Shown here in pieces: positions 10,020 to 20,747 of a DNA stretch of 64,000 nt. The DNA lies in IMG/VR virus record IMGVR_UViG_3300037067_015585, positions 128,001-192,000 of that record; one strand, given 5' to 3'. This stretch comes from a virus. Its lineage: Duplodnaviria > Caudoviricetes. The notes beneath the pieces are model-generated. The model ran no database searches. It was not told where the DNA came from and saw nothing but the letters and a program-made list of their open reading frames with translations. A program made the translations under genes and the position numbers. Every line of letters starts with the position of its first letter. Within the stretch, counting starts at the first letter, position 1.

Positions 10020-11798
10020 TTAATCAAGCTCTATTGAGCGTTCAATTTCAATTGGTTGAAGTTTTGGTCGCTTCGGTCTCACTACGCTTTTATATGTAGA
10101 TGGATGCGATTCCCCATATTCAACGGAATCTTTGAACCACGATGGTATCATTGTCCTAGCATCACGTAAAAAAGAAGTAAAGACCTCATCTAAAACATAT
10201 GTGTGCGCCCAATCATTTTCACTTCGAATCGATCGACCAGATGATTGGATGAGCTTTAGTGCAGTCAACCACAAATAATATCTGCGATCTAGTTCTAATC
10301 TGCGAGCCAATTGTTTGTTGTCAACGAAGTTTGGCCACGGCACTTTGCAAATTATTTGAAGTCTGCTTAAATCGCCATAAAGATCAAGCCCTTCATGCAT
10401 AGCTGGTGCGACGATAACGCTATTATCGCTTTCGCCATGCACTTTTAACATTGCCTCTTTTGTCGGAAAATTACGCTGGTATAAAAAACGACAACTATGT
10501 CGCGATTTTGCCATCAACAAATTAGCAATCGCAAAATTGTGTGTGTGGATGATACCACGATCGTGCTTATATTTGTCGAGTATCTCATCTGTTCTCGCAA
10601 CAATTTTTGGCCCCCACTCATTCATTCTACCATTACCACCAGTTATCCTACCAGCACTATGCATGTATATTGGGCGATTTTTTACGGGGAATCGGTTCTT
10701 CATCCTGTATGCAGCCACCTGGCTTCTTGGTATGCCTAATGAAGAACAAAATATATCAACTTCAAGAATCGTGGCACTCATCAATAACACGTTCTTGCCG
10801 TAATCAAATAACAGTTTGTGTGCCTTCGAATGGACATAAATCGGTTTTAATGTAACTGTTCTAAATCCATTATCAGCCTTGAATTCTGCAACCCACTCTT
10901 CCTCGTTTTGGATAGCTTCATAAAATGATTCTAGTCTTATTGCCAATCTGTGGTAGTCGTCAGCAATTCTTAAGTCTTCCGGTTCTCCCGCCTCTTCTGC
11001 TTCTTCTGCTATCTGCCGAACTTTTGATACTAAATCGTTTTCGATAAATGAGATGCAATAATCTCTTGGTAATTCAAGCTCTTTCAATGTATAGCCGAGT
11101 TTGCATAATCGCTTGTCATTCAACGTAATAGAGATATAATCAAGCAATTGCGGTTCTGAATTATGGCTTTCATCAACGATCAAAAGATCTCTTGGGCCAA
11201 ACCGATTTGGTATTGCCATTTGATATAAAAAGCTGCTATAATTCATCACAACCGTTTTGGCCATAACAGCTTTGGCCATTTGTTTATAATAAGGACACAG
11301 GCTTGTTGCACAGTTGTTTATGAAATTCCCTTTTTCATTATTGGGGAAGCATAATTCACTCCGGCGTGTTTTGTTTTTGCGCCGGCAATATCCATTATCA
11401 CAAGTCGGAGGTGTAGTAAGAAATTTGTCTAAATCTTTCTGCAACAAACCTTTTCTTCCAACTGCGCCAGCACCAAAGTTCTTGTAAAAATCACAATAAT
11501 AGGCCGATCTACCCTTCAAATCGACAATTTCACCACTACCAAAATCCTTCATTAATTGCGACTGAAGAATTTTCTGTACGGTAAGGTAATAACTATTTGT
11601 AAAAAACTTGGCAACGGCCATTCCGATTGCAGATTTTCCACTCCCAGTTGGGCCTTCGATGACAACGAACCGTTTCCCTGATTCGAACGATTTAAGGATA
11701 AACTCAATGCATTCACACTGACCTTCTCTAAAATCATCGAACGGAAAACACTCTGGTATCCTATCAAGATCAAATGGCATTGTTCCTAGATCTTTCAA
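10020..11798 (-). CDS. DinG/Rad3-like SF2 helicase
   Basis: GPTGSGKS, DESH, Cys cluster, SAT, EGLD, QSSGRSIRSEND. Confidence 0.88.
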   Translation of the reverse strand: MKDLGTMPFDLDRIPECFPFDDFREGQCECIEFILKSFESGKRFVVIEGPTGSGKSAIGMAVAKFFTNSYYLTVQKILQSQLMKDFGSGEIVDLKGRSAYYCDFYKNFGAGAVGRKGLLQKDLDKFLTTPPTCDNGYCRRKNKTRRSELCFPNNEKGNFINNCATSLCPYYKQMAKAVMAKTVVMNYSSFLYQMAIPNRFGPRDLLIVDESHNSEPQLLDYISITLNDKRLCKLGYTLKELELPRDYCISFIENDLVSKVRQIAEEAEEAGEPEDLRIADDYHRLAIRLESFYEAIQNEEEWVAEFKADNGFRTVTLKPIYVHSKAHKLLFDYGKNVLLMSATILEVDIFCSSLGIPRSQVAAYRMKNRFPVKNRPIYMHSAGRITGGNGRMNEWGPKIVARTDEILDKYKHDRGIIHTHNFAIANLLMAKSRHSCRFLYQRNFPTKEAMLKVHGESDNSVIVAPAMHEGLDLYGDLSRLQIICKVPWPNFVDNKQLARRLELDRRYYLWLTALKLIQSSGRSIRSENDWAHTYVLDEVFTSFLRDARTMIPSWFKDSVEYGESHPSTYKSVVRPKRPKLQPIEIERSIELD

Positions 11799-11842
11799 AG
11801 TAGAACTTGACTCTAAATAGATATATCTAAAATACTGGTTAT

Positions 11843-14005
11843 TTAAATTATTACCAAAATTTCATCACGTAACATCATATCGAGCTTCGACTTCTTCGAT
11901 AGTCGCTGAAATATTCTAATAACATTGTCACGTATATTTACTGGTATCTTTTTGAATGGCATATTCAAAAGATCGTTCTCCAATATTCTACCTCGTCCTT
12001 GACCTCTTGAATTCGATTGAATAAAGCGGATTGCATCGGTATCGAAATTTATACACCACCAGATATCTATCAGATCGTTTTTATCATTAGGTCTTATGAT
12101 ATAATTTTCATTTGTGCAGCCAGCACCAGCATATATGTCATCGACAACCCCACAACATGGTGGGTGCTCTTCTGATACCAGTCTACTCATAAGAATACAC
12201 CCATTGTATAGAGTCAACGCCTTCTTTTTGGGCCTCAAATGTGTATTAGTTATAATGCGATATGTCCTGTCGATCGTTGGATTTAATTCATTTGCTCCGC
12301 TCCATGGCTCTTGCACTAGATTAGCAATATCACCAAGTTTTACGTAATCCTTACTTCTGCATTCATGCGGTCCATAGTGCCAATCGCCAGTCTCTAGTAT
12401 ATTCTTATATGGCACCTCATGTAGCGGAAATTCGCCATTTAGTATTTTGGGCCAATCACTACACTCCCAACTATAATCTTCTAAATGTGGTGCAAAGCCT
12501 ACATCTCTGCCATCCTCTTGTAATGGATTACTATTAGCATCTATAAGTCCTTTATTAGAGTATCCGATATTATTTATTTTTATGAATTTTGTTATTGATA
12601 TTTCACGTTTTGTGAAAAATAATAAATATGTCGGGAATGTCGTCCCGGCAAAATGATCAAATGCATATGTTGGCAATTCAACGACAAGTTCTAAAAAGGC
12701 CATCGACGAAAGCAGCTTTCTGGCATTTTTGAGTTGTTCGTTAGTGACAACACCCTTATCAACGACGGTTGCAAATCTACCAGTATCGCTTAATTGATCT
12801 ATACATTTTTCTATAAATAACACCTGGCTAAGAACACTTTTCTTTTGTTTCTCGCCATTCATAGCTGTTTTATATTGTTTGAGAATTTCTACATCGCTTA
12901 TTTTCACACCAAAAGGTACATTGGTATAAATAACATCCATATATTGTTTACCACTACAATTGGGAGTCTCCCATGGACCATTAAGCGAATCTTGTTTTTT
13001 CTTATCTATACCATCTAATGTCTTGCCAGTTTTAGGGTGACGATACATAATAAATGCTTGACTAGCCGATTTAAATGCTCTCAGCCCATCAATTTCATAA
13101 TAATGTATAAGTGATGGTGTACAGTCGTCAGATATATCAAGCGATTGAAGTAAAAAACTACCGGTTCCACCACATGGATCGCATATGTGATCGCCTGGTT
13201 TAGCCTTGTAATATGAGCACATAAATCTTCTTATTAAAGGTGGTGTATAATATTGTCCCTGTTCTTTGTTAGCGCTATGATTTTGCCAAGCATTATGTAT
13301 ATAATGCACAATTTCACTATTACTCGCAACATCATAATTATTAATATATTCGACTACAGTATCAAGCCTGTTATCTGGATATCTGGCAATCTCACCATAT
13401 TGAGCGCCAGATGCATTAAATTCAATTCTAGCGTTACTCCAAATATTATGGAGATCTAACGATGTAAATGCTATATGTTCTCTCTCAGCATACCATTTAC
13501 ATAATAATATCTTAGCTAATTCATCATAAATCAGATCATACGACTGACCACTCCACAATTTATTCCGCAACGTTGCTAAAAAACGTGGAATATCGGAGAT
13601 TTTTTGTAAATGTTTACCGCTCCCAGTCATATCTGGCAAATAAATAGGTTTCCCATCCCAGCCATTCTTTTCAACGGCTTCAAAATATTTACCGATATCA
13701 TCATAATCAAAGTCGTCTGGTAAAACTAAAAGACACGAGCCATATCTATTAGGTATGGCTGATAGATAACCAGGGGCTTGGTATCTATCACCATCCTTTG
13801 TGTTGCTCTCAAATTTAACCTCGCACACAAATGCACCATGTGGTGTCATTATTATTAAGTCAGCTCTACCAACAATACCCGCTTTCTTCTCACACGTCAT
13901 TTCTCCACATTTTAATTCTGCTATAGGTTTATTAACATATTTATAGCCATATTCTCTAGTAATATATGGGGCGATCACTTCTCTGACAATTTCTACTTCA
14001 TTCAT
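11843..14005 (-). CDS. Fused restriction-modification protein: PD-(D/E)xK nuclease, N6-adenine methyltransferase and TRD-like C-terminus
   Basis: GRADLII...EVK; GQYYTP; DPCGGTGSF; TNVPF (NPPF variant). Confidence 0.75.
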   Translation of the reverse strand: MNEVEIVREVIAPYITREYGYKYVNKPIAELKCGEMTCEKKAGIVGRADLIIMTPHGAFVCEVKFESNTKDGDRYQAPGYLSAIPNRYGSCLLVLPDDFDYDDIGKYFEAVEKNGWDGKPIYLPDMTGSGKHLQKISDIPRFLATLRNKLWSGQSYDLIYDELAKILLCKWYAEREHIAFTSLDLHNIWSNARIEFNASGAQYGEIARYPDNRLDTVVEYINNYDVASNSEIVHYIHNAWQNHSANKEQGQYYTPPLIRRFMCSYYKAKPGDHICDPCGGTGSFLLQSLDISDDCTPSLIHYYEIDGLRAFKSASQAFIMYRHPKTGKTLDGIDKKKQDSLNGPWETPNCSGKQYMDVIYTNVPFGVKISDVEILKQYKTAMNGEKQKKSVLSQVLFIEKCIDQLSDTGRFATVVDKGVVTNEQLKNARKLLSSMAFLELVVELPTYAFDHFAGTTFPTYLLFFTKREISITKFIKINNIGYSNKGLIDANSNPLQEDGRDVGFAPHLEDYSWECSDWPKILNGEFPLHEVPYKNILETGDWHYGPHECRSKDYVKLGDIANLVQEPWSGANELNPTIDRTYRIITNTHLRPKKKALTLYNGCILMSRLVSEEHPPCCGVVDDIYAGAGCTNENYIIRPNDKNDLIDIWWCINFDTDAIRFIQSNSRGQGRGRILENDLLNMPFKKIPVNIRDNVIRIFQRLSKKSKLDMMLRDEILVII

Positions 14006-14055
14006 TTTATCATCCTATGATTTGTTAGTTACAAGATGATAAAATACCATACAAA

Positions 14056-14307
14056 TTATTTTCTAGCCATATCAGCTTCTACAGCTTTGTTCCATTTAAT
14101 CCACAAATCTTTCATTGATTCTAAGTATTTCAATGGCAGTTCAATATCAGCGTTCTTCTCAAATTCAGAGAAATCGTTGTATTTAATTAGTTTTTTGATA
14201 TTGACGTCATGAAATGAATGAATCCATTCGCAAAACCTGATCCAAGTGGACCTATCGGTGTTTGGATCAACATCGTCAAGCACACGATCTAAACTTTCAG
14301 TAAGCAT
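14056..14307 (-). CDS. Hypothetical protein
   Basis: ORF with GGAGG ribosome binding site. Confidence 0.55.
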   Translation of the reverse strand: MLTESLDRVLDDVDPNTDRSTWIRFCEWIHSFHDVNIKKLIKYNDFSEFEKNADIELPLKYLESMKDLWIKWNKAVEADMARK

Positions 14308-14343
14308 AGTGCACCTCCAACCTAATTACTAAAAAGATTTGAC

Positions 14344-15447
14344 ATGTCAAAGATAGCGATTCTTGCTGACGTCCATCTTGGATATTCAGGACGCATTAAT
14401 GATATTTTATGGGCTTTGCGAGTCGTCAGAAATTATTGCCGCGAGCACGGTATTAGTGTAATTGTTGTGCTTGGTGATCTTTTCCATGATAGACAACATC
14501 TATCTATAGAAATATTATGCGCTGCTTATGACTTCTTTAAAGAAGCAAAAGAAGATTATGGCCAAGAATGGGTTGCATTTCCAGGCAACCATGATATGTT
14601 TCTTAAGCATAGTTGGAAGGTCAATAGTTTAAGACCGCTCGGCGAGCTATTGACAATCGTTGATACCGTTAAAATATTGGAAATTGATGGAAAGAGATAT
14701 TGGATATTGCCATTTGTTTATTCAGAATCAGCGTATATGGAAATTCTGAAGAGAGTAGAAAAACAAGCAAGTAAGGAAGATGTATTATTAACACATATCG
14801 GCGTTAACAATGCTGTACAGAATATATGTTTTCTACTTCAGAAATGGTCGATGGTATCATTTATTCAAAGCAAATTCGACCGAGTGTATGCTGGGCATTT
14901 CCATTTGTGTCAACAGGTATCGACGAATTTGTGGTATCCTGGAAGTCTAATACCATTCAAGTATGACGAGGGAGATTGTGATCACGGCTTTTTCGTCTAT
15001 GATCAAGATTCAAACGAACACGAGTTTATAAATGTCTTATCTGAAGGACGATTACTAGAACCAGACACAATTGCACCCCCGCAATTTCATACTTTCGACG
15101 TAGAGTTGCTTAATGATAAAACTGAAGCCGAAGTATCTGGTAATATTATTAGGGTTGCAACAACTAGAGATTATACACCGAACGAAAGCCAGGATATTCG
15201 TGATCGTCTAATGGCGATGGGCGCTAGAAAGATAACGTTTATTAATTTATCTGATGATGAGACACCAAATGCCAAATTAATAGAGGTCGAACCAATTAAG
15301 ATAGAAGATTTGTTCACCAAGTGGTTTGATCAAGATGAACGCGGTACAAAAGGATTGCGACGTAATCTAGCAATAAGACTAAACCATGAAATCATCGATG
15401 AAGGTAATGAATTATATGCTAAACGCTCGGACCCGGATGCGATCTAA
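14344..15447 (+). CDS. SbcD/Mre11/gp47-like metallophosphoesterase nuclease
   Basis: DVH, GDLFH, GNHD, TH, GHFH motifs. Confidence 0.88.
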   Translation: MSKIAILADVHLGYSGRINDILWALRVVRNYCREHGISVIVVLGDLFHDRQHLSIEILCAAYDFFKEAKEDYGQEWVAFPGNHDMFLKHSWKVNSLRPLGELLTIVDTVKILEIDGKRYWILPFVYSESAYMEILKRVEKQASKEDVLLTHIGVNNAVQNICFLLQKWSMVSFIQSKFDRVYAGHFHLCQQVSTNLWYPGSLIPFKYDEGDCDHGFFVYDQDSNEHEFINVLSEGRLLEPDTIAPPQFHTFDVELLNDKTEAEVSGNIIRVATTRDYTPNESQDIRDRLMAMGARKITFINLSDDETPNAKLIEVEPIKIEDLFTKWFDQDERGTKGLRRNLAIRLNHEIIDEGNELYAKRSDPDAI

Positions 15448-15649
15448 AGCAGATACTAAATGTTTCACGTTCGGTACGGTTTGTATGGGCACTATCAAAG
15501 TCCCGGCACGTTTTATTGTGAAGATAGAAGAACAAACATTCTATGATGTAATAAAGGTAGAATTAATTGATGGTACTATCTTATTCATAAAATCGATTTC
15601 AGATATTGAAATAAAGAAGAAACGCAAAATATCATGGCGTCATTGTTGA
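15386..15649 (+). CDS. Hypothetical protein (start uncertain)
   Basis: ORF fills the gap after sbcD. Confidence 0.4.
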   Translation: MKSSMKVMNYMLNARTRMRSKADTKCFTFGTVCMGTIKVPARFIVKIEEQTFYDVIKVELIDGTILFIKSISDIEIKKKRKISWRHC

Positions 15650-16045
15650 TTTGCCAGCTCTTTCAACTTCACTGGTAACTATCTTTTCAATCTCGTCCAT
15701 ATTATAACAGAATTCGTGTAAACAAGCGGATTCACCAGACATATGTTCTTCATTCAATCGTTCTACTTGTCCTAGTGGTATATTCTTGTTGTGTCTATGC
15801 TTACACATAAGTGTGTGCGTGTGCCCAAATAACTTACATGTATATGGTCTCACTGGATAGATAGCACACGTTCTTGGTGAACCGATCGATCCAAGCAGAA
15901 ATGGGCAATCAGCCTCTTGGGCTTTCGGCGTAATATTATTATTCTTCTCGATATAAGTTTTAATAGCTTTATATTCATCAACCGAGCACATCACAATACC
16001 GCAGCAATGGCCACACTGCTCACACTTCATCTTTGGTAGCTTCAT
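15632..16045 (-). CDS. YkgJ-family cysteine-cluster (CxxCxxCC) protein
   Basis: CEQCGHCC, CPFL, CAIYPVRPYTC. Confidence 0.8.
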   Translation of the reverse strand: MKLPKMKCEQCGHCCGIVMCSVDEYKAIKTYIEKNNNITPKAQEADCPFLLGSIGSPRTCAIYPVRPYTCKLFGHTHTLMCKHRHNKNIPLGQVERLNEEHMSGESACLHEFCYNMDEIEKIVTSEVERAGKSTMTP

Positions 16046-17187
16046 TATTTCTCTATTTTTATATCTGGATAGAATTTTTTGTTGAACATTAAATCTGTCC
16101 GTTCTGGCTTCGGCTCATACCATCCTTTTTTCCCATAGATGTCGAGTATCGATTCAAAGAATTCCTCGTACATCCCAGCAACTCTTTCCATAGAAAAATT
16201 GTTGAGTGCCCATTGTCTACATGCATGCGGATCGATTTTATTGATGTTCTTTGCAGCCCACACAAACTGTTCAAATGTATGACAACGATAGCCAGTAATG
16301 CCATGTAGATTATTCTCTGTAAACGCACCCCAATCCGTCGTAATCGTCGGTGTTCCAGAGAACAAACATTCGATTTGAACGCCACCGAAAGGTTCGTTAT
16401 ATTGACTTGCCAGAAAAGCACCCTTAGCACGAGACATAAGCTTTTTGCGCGTTTCGACATCGGCATATCCAACAAACTCAACGTGCCCATCATCATCAAG
16501 CTTGTAATCGTCATCTCTTTGTCCGGCGACAATCAATTTAGCGCCGATTGCTTTAGTAACCTGTTCTGCTATGTGTATGCCTTTACCAACATAAACTCGA
16601 CCGCAGAATAGAAAGTAATCGTCTTTATCGGCAGAAAATTCAAAATCGGCTGGGTCAAAATAATTTGGAATTACGCAATCATACCAATTTTGCATACACG
16701 TTCCGACAGAATTGAGACCGTAATACGCATGATAAATAGCATATGATTCGAATATTTTAAATCTAGCCCAATGTCCACCAGCATAACCAATACCTGGCTC
16801 GACACATATCATATCTTGGTGTGCATCACAAATTGCGCGATGACCTGCGCCCCAGAATGGCAAAATGAAATCATTCTTCTGTTTGCGCTTACCAATCTCT
16901 TCTATTGCGTTCTTATAGAATGTTTGGTATGCATGATCATTGGTATCGAACTTAAAGAAATGCTTACGCCAGTCGTGATCTCCGTAAGTTTTCTTCCAAT
17001 CATCATTTGATAAAACAGTTACATGCTCTGTGCATTGCAGATCTGAATCCTCGTGGCCATAATGAATTACCGTATGGCCACGATCTGTCATCATTTTTGC
17101 AAATTTCACAACCTTTTGTGTATATGCACAAGCAACATATTCTCTTGATGAAACGGTATGTGGCAATCCAAGAATATGAAATCTGAT
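16045..17187 (-). CDS. GT4 glycosyltransferase (probable non-AUG start)
   Basis: [19 protein letters not shown]; frame extends upstream as [11 protein letters not shown] behind AAGGAG. Confidence 0.8.
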   Translation of the reverse strand: MRFHILGLPHTVSSREYVACAYTQKVVKFAKMMTDRGHTVIHYGHEDSDLQCTEHVTVLSNDDWKKTYGDHDWRKHFFKFDTNDHAYQTFYKNAIEEIGKRKQKNDFILPFWGAGHRAICDAHQDMICVEPGIGYAGGHWARFKIFESYAIYHAYYGLNSVGTCMQNWYDCVIPNYFDPADFEFSADKDDYFLFCGRVYVGKGIHIAEQVTKAIGAKLIVAGQRDDDYKLDDDGHVEFVGYADVETRKKLMSRAKGAFLASQYNEPFGGVQIECLFSGTPTITTDWGAFTENNLHGITGYRCHTFEQFVWAAKNINKIDPHACRQWALNNFSMERVAGMYEEFFESILDIYGKKGWYEPKPERTDLMFNKKFYPDIKIEK

Positions 17188-17228
17188 AATTATGCTCCTT
17201 ATTTAAGTCATTTTAAATACTGATTTTG

Positions 17229-18827
17229 TCAATATCGTTTCAATGTTTGTAAGAAATGTTTGATGTCACCAGTTGGCATTTCTACTCTACGGAACAAATC
17301 TGGTCGTAAGACGCTTAATATTGTGTAAATTGCTTCTTCTGTCCCAATGCATCCGTTCTTTATAGCAAGATCAATTTCAGGATAAAACAAGTTAGTTATT
17401 TGCTGGATCTGCTGTTTCGTACCGCCAAATAAAGTTGCGCGGCACACATAATACGGATTTCTTGTGCATCGCTCAATCATTTGTCCTATATTATAGCCAT
17501 GAATTTCGGAATTCGTATAGTACGGATATGACGTCATAAAGAATTTGTCTTTTGGTATACGTGTAAAATAATAGTCATCTAATGGCCCTTCAACATGGAA
17601 ACTATTATAAACACCAGAATCAAGCCAATAGAAATAACTACTGTTATTCATTTTACTGGCTTCGTTAAGCATGTGCTGCTTCATTAGCGTCATAGCGATG
17701 TAATAACGAGATCCAATAACGCTATCCTTCATCCAACCAGATTGGTTAATCCAATTATGTGTTGATATTATGTTTTGGATACCATCGAAGTAGCTACATT
17801 TTTCAATATCGGCGATACTAAATGGGATGAGCGTTAAATCGCGATTTCCACGAATCTTTTCAATTAAATCGAAGTATTTCTCATCACAATATAATATCAT
17901 TCGGTGTCTTGTATCTAAAAGCTTCTTGACACCCTCTAAATAGTGAGTCTCGAAAGCTCTATCATCCCTATTCAAATCGACCATCATTGACACAATAGTA
18001 ATATCATGGGGATGGCGACAATTTTTATCAAGCCAACGATAATTGAGCTGTGGATAAATCCTGTCGTGTCTTAATTCGACCGGTATGAAATCATATGGTG
18101 TTTTAGAATCATCTGGTCTTCTGCCAGCAATGGCACTGCAATGATCGCCAAGGTGTACGACATATTGTCCATTTAAGAAAACCGCTTTATATCCAAGTGC
18201 TAAAAACTTCCTGTCAATATTCCATTCATTATGCCACTTCTCGACACGACCAAGCCATATCAAGTCATCGCGGCGTTTCAAATTAGGGCTACCAACCCAT
18301 CCATACCAATGTAAATGGTAATCAGTAATAGTAAATGCTTTTTTGTCATAATAAGTAACTGTCGTTCCGTCATCAGCTTTAAATTCCTTTAGTTTCTTAT
18401 CATAACTGTCGATTCCTTCGTTTTCAAATGTTCTCCATGAAATATCGATGACGCCGACATTTCGAAACTTCTGTAATATCTTCTTAGAATCATTTAGATA
18501 TCCTGATTTTAGGAATTTCCAATCATCCTCAAGATAGAAGATATATTCAGTATCGCAATATGACACCATAAAATCCATTGCCCACCACTGGCTTCGATTG
18601 CGTGGGAAACAGATAATATCACACCAGTCGCCGTATACAAACTTAAGATGTTCGAAGACATCTTCAACACCGCTATCATCGACTATGACCATCTTAGTTT
18701 GATAGTCTCTTGTTTCTTTGAACGACTGCATCGTCTCGGCTAAAACCTCAAGTCTATTACAACTCAAGACGAATGTAGTTGTATCTGAATCTGGTTGCTC
18801 TATTGTGTGGAATTTTACTTTATTCAT
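17229..18827 (-). CDS. GT2 domain fused to HtrL/WlaTC-like domain
   Basis: IVDDS, YLEDDW; YWLDSG, LFGG, GTEE. Confidence 0.7.
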   Translation of the reverse strand: MNKVKFHTIEQPDSDTTTFVLSCNRLEVLAETMQSFKETRDYQTKMVIVDDSGVEDVFEHLKFVYGDWCDIICFPRNRSQWWAMDFMVSYCDTEYIFYLEDDWKFLKSGYLNDSKKILQKFRNVGVIDISWRTFENEGIDSYDKKLKEFKADDGTTVTYYDKKAFTITDYHLHWYGWVGSPNLKRRDDLIWLGRVEKWHNEWNIDRKFLALGYKAVFLNGQYVVHLGDHCSAIAGRRPDDSKTPYDFIPVELRHDRIYPQLNYRWLDKNCRHPHDITIVSMMVDLNRDDRAFETHYLEGVKKLLDTRHRMILYCDEKYFDLIEKIRGNRDLTLIPFSIADIEKCSYFDGIQNIISTHNWINQSGWMKDSVIGSRYYIAMTLMKQHMLNEASKMNNSSYFYWLDSGVYNSFHVEGPLDDYYFTRIPKDKFFMTSYPYYTNSEIHGYNIGQMIERCTRNPYYVCRATLFGGTKQQIQQITNLFYPEIDLAIKNGCIGTEEAIYTILSVLRPDLFRRVEMPTGDIKHFLQTLKRY

Positions 18828-19150
18828 TTTATTTCTTCGTTCTTTAGTATTATGAATCCCTTTAAACAATTATACGGATTATCGTCAGATTTTTCAAATG
18901 TTGCTGCTATAGCACCCCAGCCCTTTTTAGGACCATCGTCATATACGCCACATATACCATTCAACAAACCCAGAACGCCAACATGGAAACCACCATTCTG
19001 GGCTGAAGATTGGCAAGTTGGATGGTCTGAGAAAGCTTTATTGCATGGAATACGATTTGCAATTAATGCTGCTACACATGGTTTGTCGAGTGCGACTAAA
19101 CCATTCATATAGTCAACAATGCGCTCAGCTAAAACGAGATCTACTGCCAT
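18824..19150 (-). CDS. Hypothetical protein
   Basis: ORF with AAGGA RBS, coupled to the next gene. Confidence 0.6.
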   Translation of the reverse strand: MAVDLVLAERIVDYMNGLVALDKPCVAALIANRIPCNKAFSDHPTCQSSAQNGGFHVGVLGLLNGICGVYDDGPKKGWGAIAATFEKSDDNPYNCLKGFIILKNEEIK

Positions 19151-19155
19151 GATTA

Positions 19156-19195
19156 TTCCTTATTTAGATGTTTTATATACCATCTAAATAAGGAA
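19156..19195 (-). promoter_or_regulatory. Perfect 15-bp inverted repeat that sequesters the RBS of the 19150 gene
   Basis: TTCCTTATTTAGATG-N10-CATCTAAATAAGGAA. Confidence 0.65.
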
Positions 19196-19214
19196 ATATG
19201 ACATTTAGAAGAGA

Positions 19215-19466
19215 CTAGAATCCAGAATGGCCACGCTCCGGCCTATCACTAATAGCAGCCTTATAATGGTCTTTTGCCATATCAAAATAGTGCAGTGGAA
19301 TATTGACATCCTCTTCAATCTTTTCTGCCATATTTCTAAGAAATGCTGCTGCACTTCGCAACGCTTGTCGTCTTGACATTCGTCCAAACCCATTGACGTT
19401 GACGAATGATTCATCAACGTCTTCAGAAATCATGTGAGATATTTGTTTTATGCTTGGTTGAGACAT
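19215..19466 (-). CDS. Small hypothetical protein, tandem paralog 1
   Basis: QPSIxQISxMISE...VNVxGFG...QALRSA shared with next ORF. Confidence 0.75.
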   Translation of the reverse strand: MSQPSIKQISHMISEDVDESFVNVNGFGRMSRRQALRSAAAFLRNMAEKIEEDVNIPLHYFDMAKDHYKAAISDRPERGHSGF

Positions 19467-19473
19467 ATTTTAC

Positions 19474-19737
19474 TCAAATGTCTATTTTATAATTACCAGT
19501 ATTGTTAGTACGTTCTGTATTACTAACAGCCGATAAATAATGATTTTTTGCTAAATCGAAAAAATGTGGTGGAACATTATCACCATCTTCAATTTTATCA
19601 GCAATCTGTCTAAGGTACGTGACAGCACTACGTAATGCTTGTTTCTTAGTCATATTGCCGAAACCGCTAACATTTACATGCTCATTAATATTCTCAGAAA
19701 TCATACGAGATATTTGATCTATACTTGGTTGAGTCAT
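19474..19737 (-). CDS. Small hypothetical protein, tandem paralog 2
   Basis: As above. Confidence 0.75.
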   Translation of the reverse strand: MTQPSIDQISRMISENINEHVNVSGFGNMTKKQALRSAVTYLRQIADKIEDGDNVPPHFFDLAKNHYLSAVSNTERTNNTGNYKIDI

Positions 19738-19773
19738 TTTATATCCAATCAGTTTTACAATATATCTTTGCTG

Positions 19774-20136
19774 TTATTGCTGATTGAAAACAATTATGCC
19801 ATAATCATTATCTGAGATCGAATAATAAGCACGTCGTATACCTCTAAGCCGCATAGTCGTCTGACAATTGATACATGGGTGTGCGTTTCCAAGTTCTCCA
19901 TTACGCAACACTCTTACAACGAAAACTTCTGAGCTATGGTTTAATTTCCGGACTAATCTTGCCTCGGCGTGTGATCCAGCATTTTGCTGTCTACATGGTA
20001 TATTGCTAGCTGATACGACAGTACCATCTCTGCGTATACCAACAGCCCCAAGACGGTGACGCCTGGCAGCATCACATGAATCACCTTTCATAGCAACTTG
20101 TTTTGCTATACGAAAATATTTATCGATTTTAGACAT
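19774..20136 (-). CDS. Zn-dependent cytidine/dCMP deaminase-like protein
   Basis: HAE...PCINC. Confidence 0.8.
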   Translation of the reverse strand: MSKIDKYFRIAKQVAMKGDSCDAARRHRLGAVGIRRDGTVVSASNIPCRQQNAGSHAEARLVRKLNHSSEVFVVRVLRNGELGNAHPCINCQTTMRLRGIRRAYYSISDNDYGIIVFNQQ

Positions 20137-20140
20137 TTTA

Positions 20141-20692
20141 TTATAGCGGCTTCTTAATCACCCAAGAAGGCCAATCAACAGGAATATCATTTGTTAATAT
20201 GAGTGGTAGATTATTTTCTTTAATGAATCTATTAACATCAGGTTCTACATTCGACCACGTTTTGTATGTGTAGTCGTGTCCACATAAATATCCACCAGCT
20301 TTAATTTTGGGCCACCACGCGATAATATCGTCGTATGCTTTTGTGTGGTCTGCGTCTATATAAACAACATCTAGTACATCGTCGTCAAACCTTGCTGCCG
20401 CGACCACAGATGATTCTCTTACAACTAATACATTGTTAAATGGTGTAAATTTTTCTAACGTATACAAATAGTTGGCTAAATGATCTGATTTAGCTGCACC
20501 ATCATTTTCTTGCCATGTTGTTCCGGGATGCTCACACCATGAGTCTATCAAATAGAGCCTATATGGTTTATTTTCTAGTAGTATGATCTCCGAAAAGCCT
20601 CCGCGAAATACGCCAACCTCCACAAATATTCCGTTATGTGGCAATGTTCTTACAAGACTAGTTCGATTTGTCAGATCAAGTTCTGTTTTCAT
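20141..20692 (-). CDS. Class I SAM methyltransferase (Methyltransf_24-like)
   Basis: VEVGVFRG, YIDADH, GGYLCGHDY. Confidence 0.85.
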   Translation of the reverse strand: MKTELDLTNRTSLVRTLPHNGIFVEVGVFRGGFSEIILLENKPYRLYLIDSWCEHPGTTWQENDGAAKSDHLANYLYTLEKFTPFNNVLVVRESSVVAAARFDDDVLDVVYIDADHTKAYDDIIAWWPKIKAGGYLCGHDYTYKTWSNVEPDVNRFIKENNLPLILTNDIPVDWPSWVIKKPL

Positions 20693-20711
20693 GATGTTAT
20701 ATTTACCAATA

Positions 20712-20747
20712 AAAATGCCCCAGTGGAATTTTCCGATCCACCGGGGC
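20712..20747 (-). terminator. Intrinsic terminator
   Basis: GCCCCGGTGGA/TCCACTGGGGC stem followed by ATTTTT on the minus strand. Confidence 0.75.
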
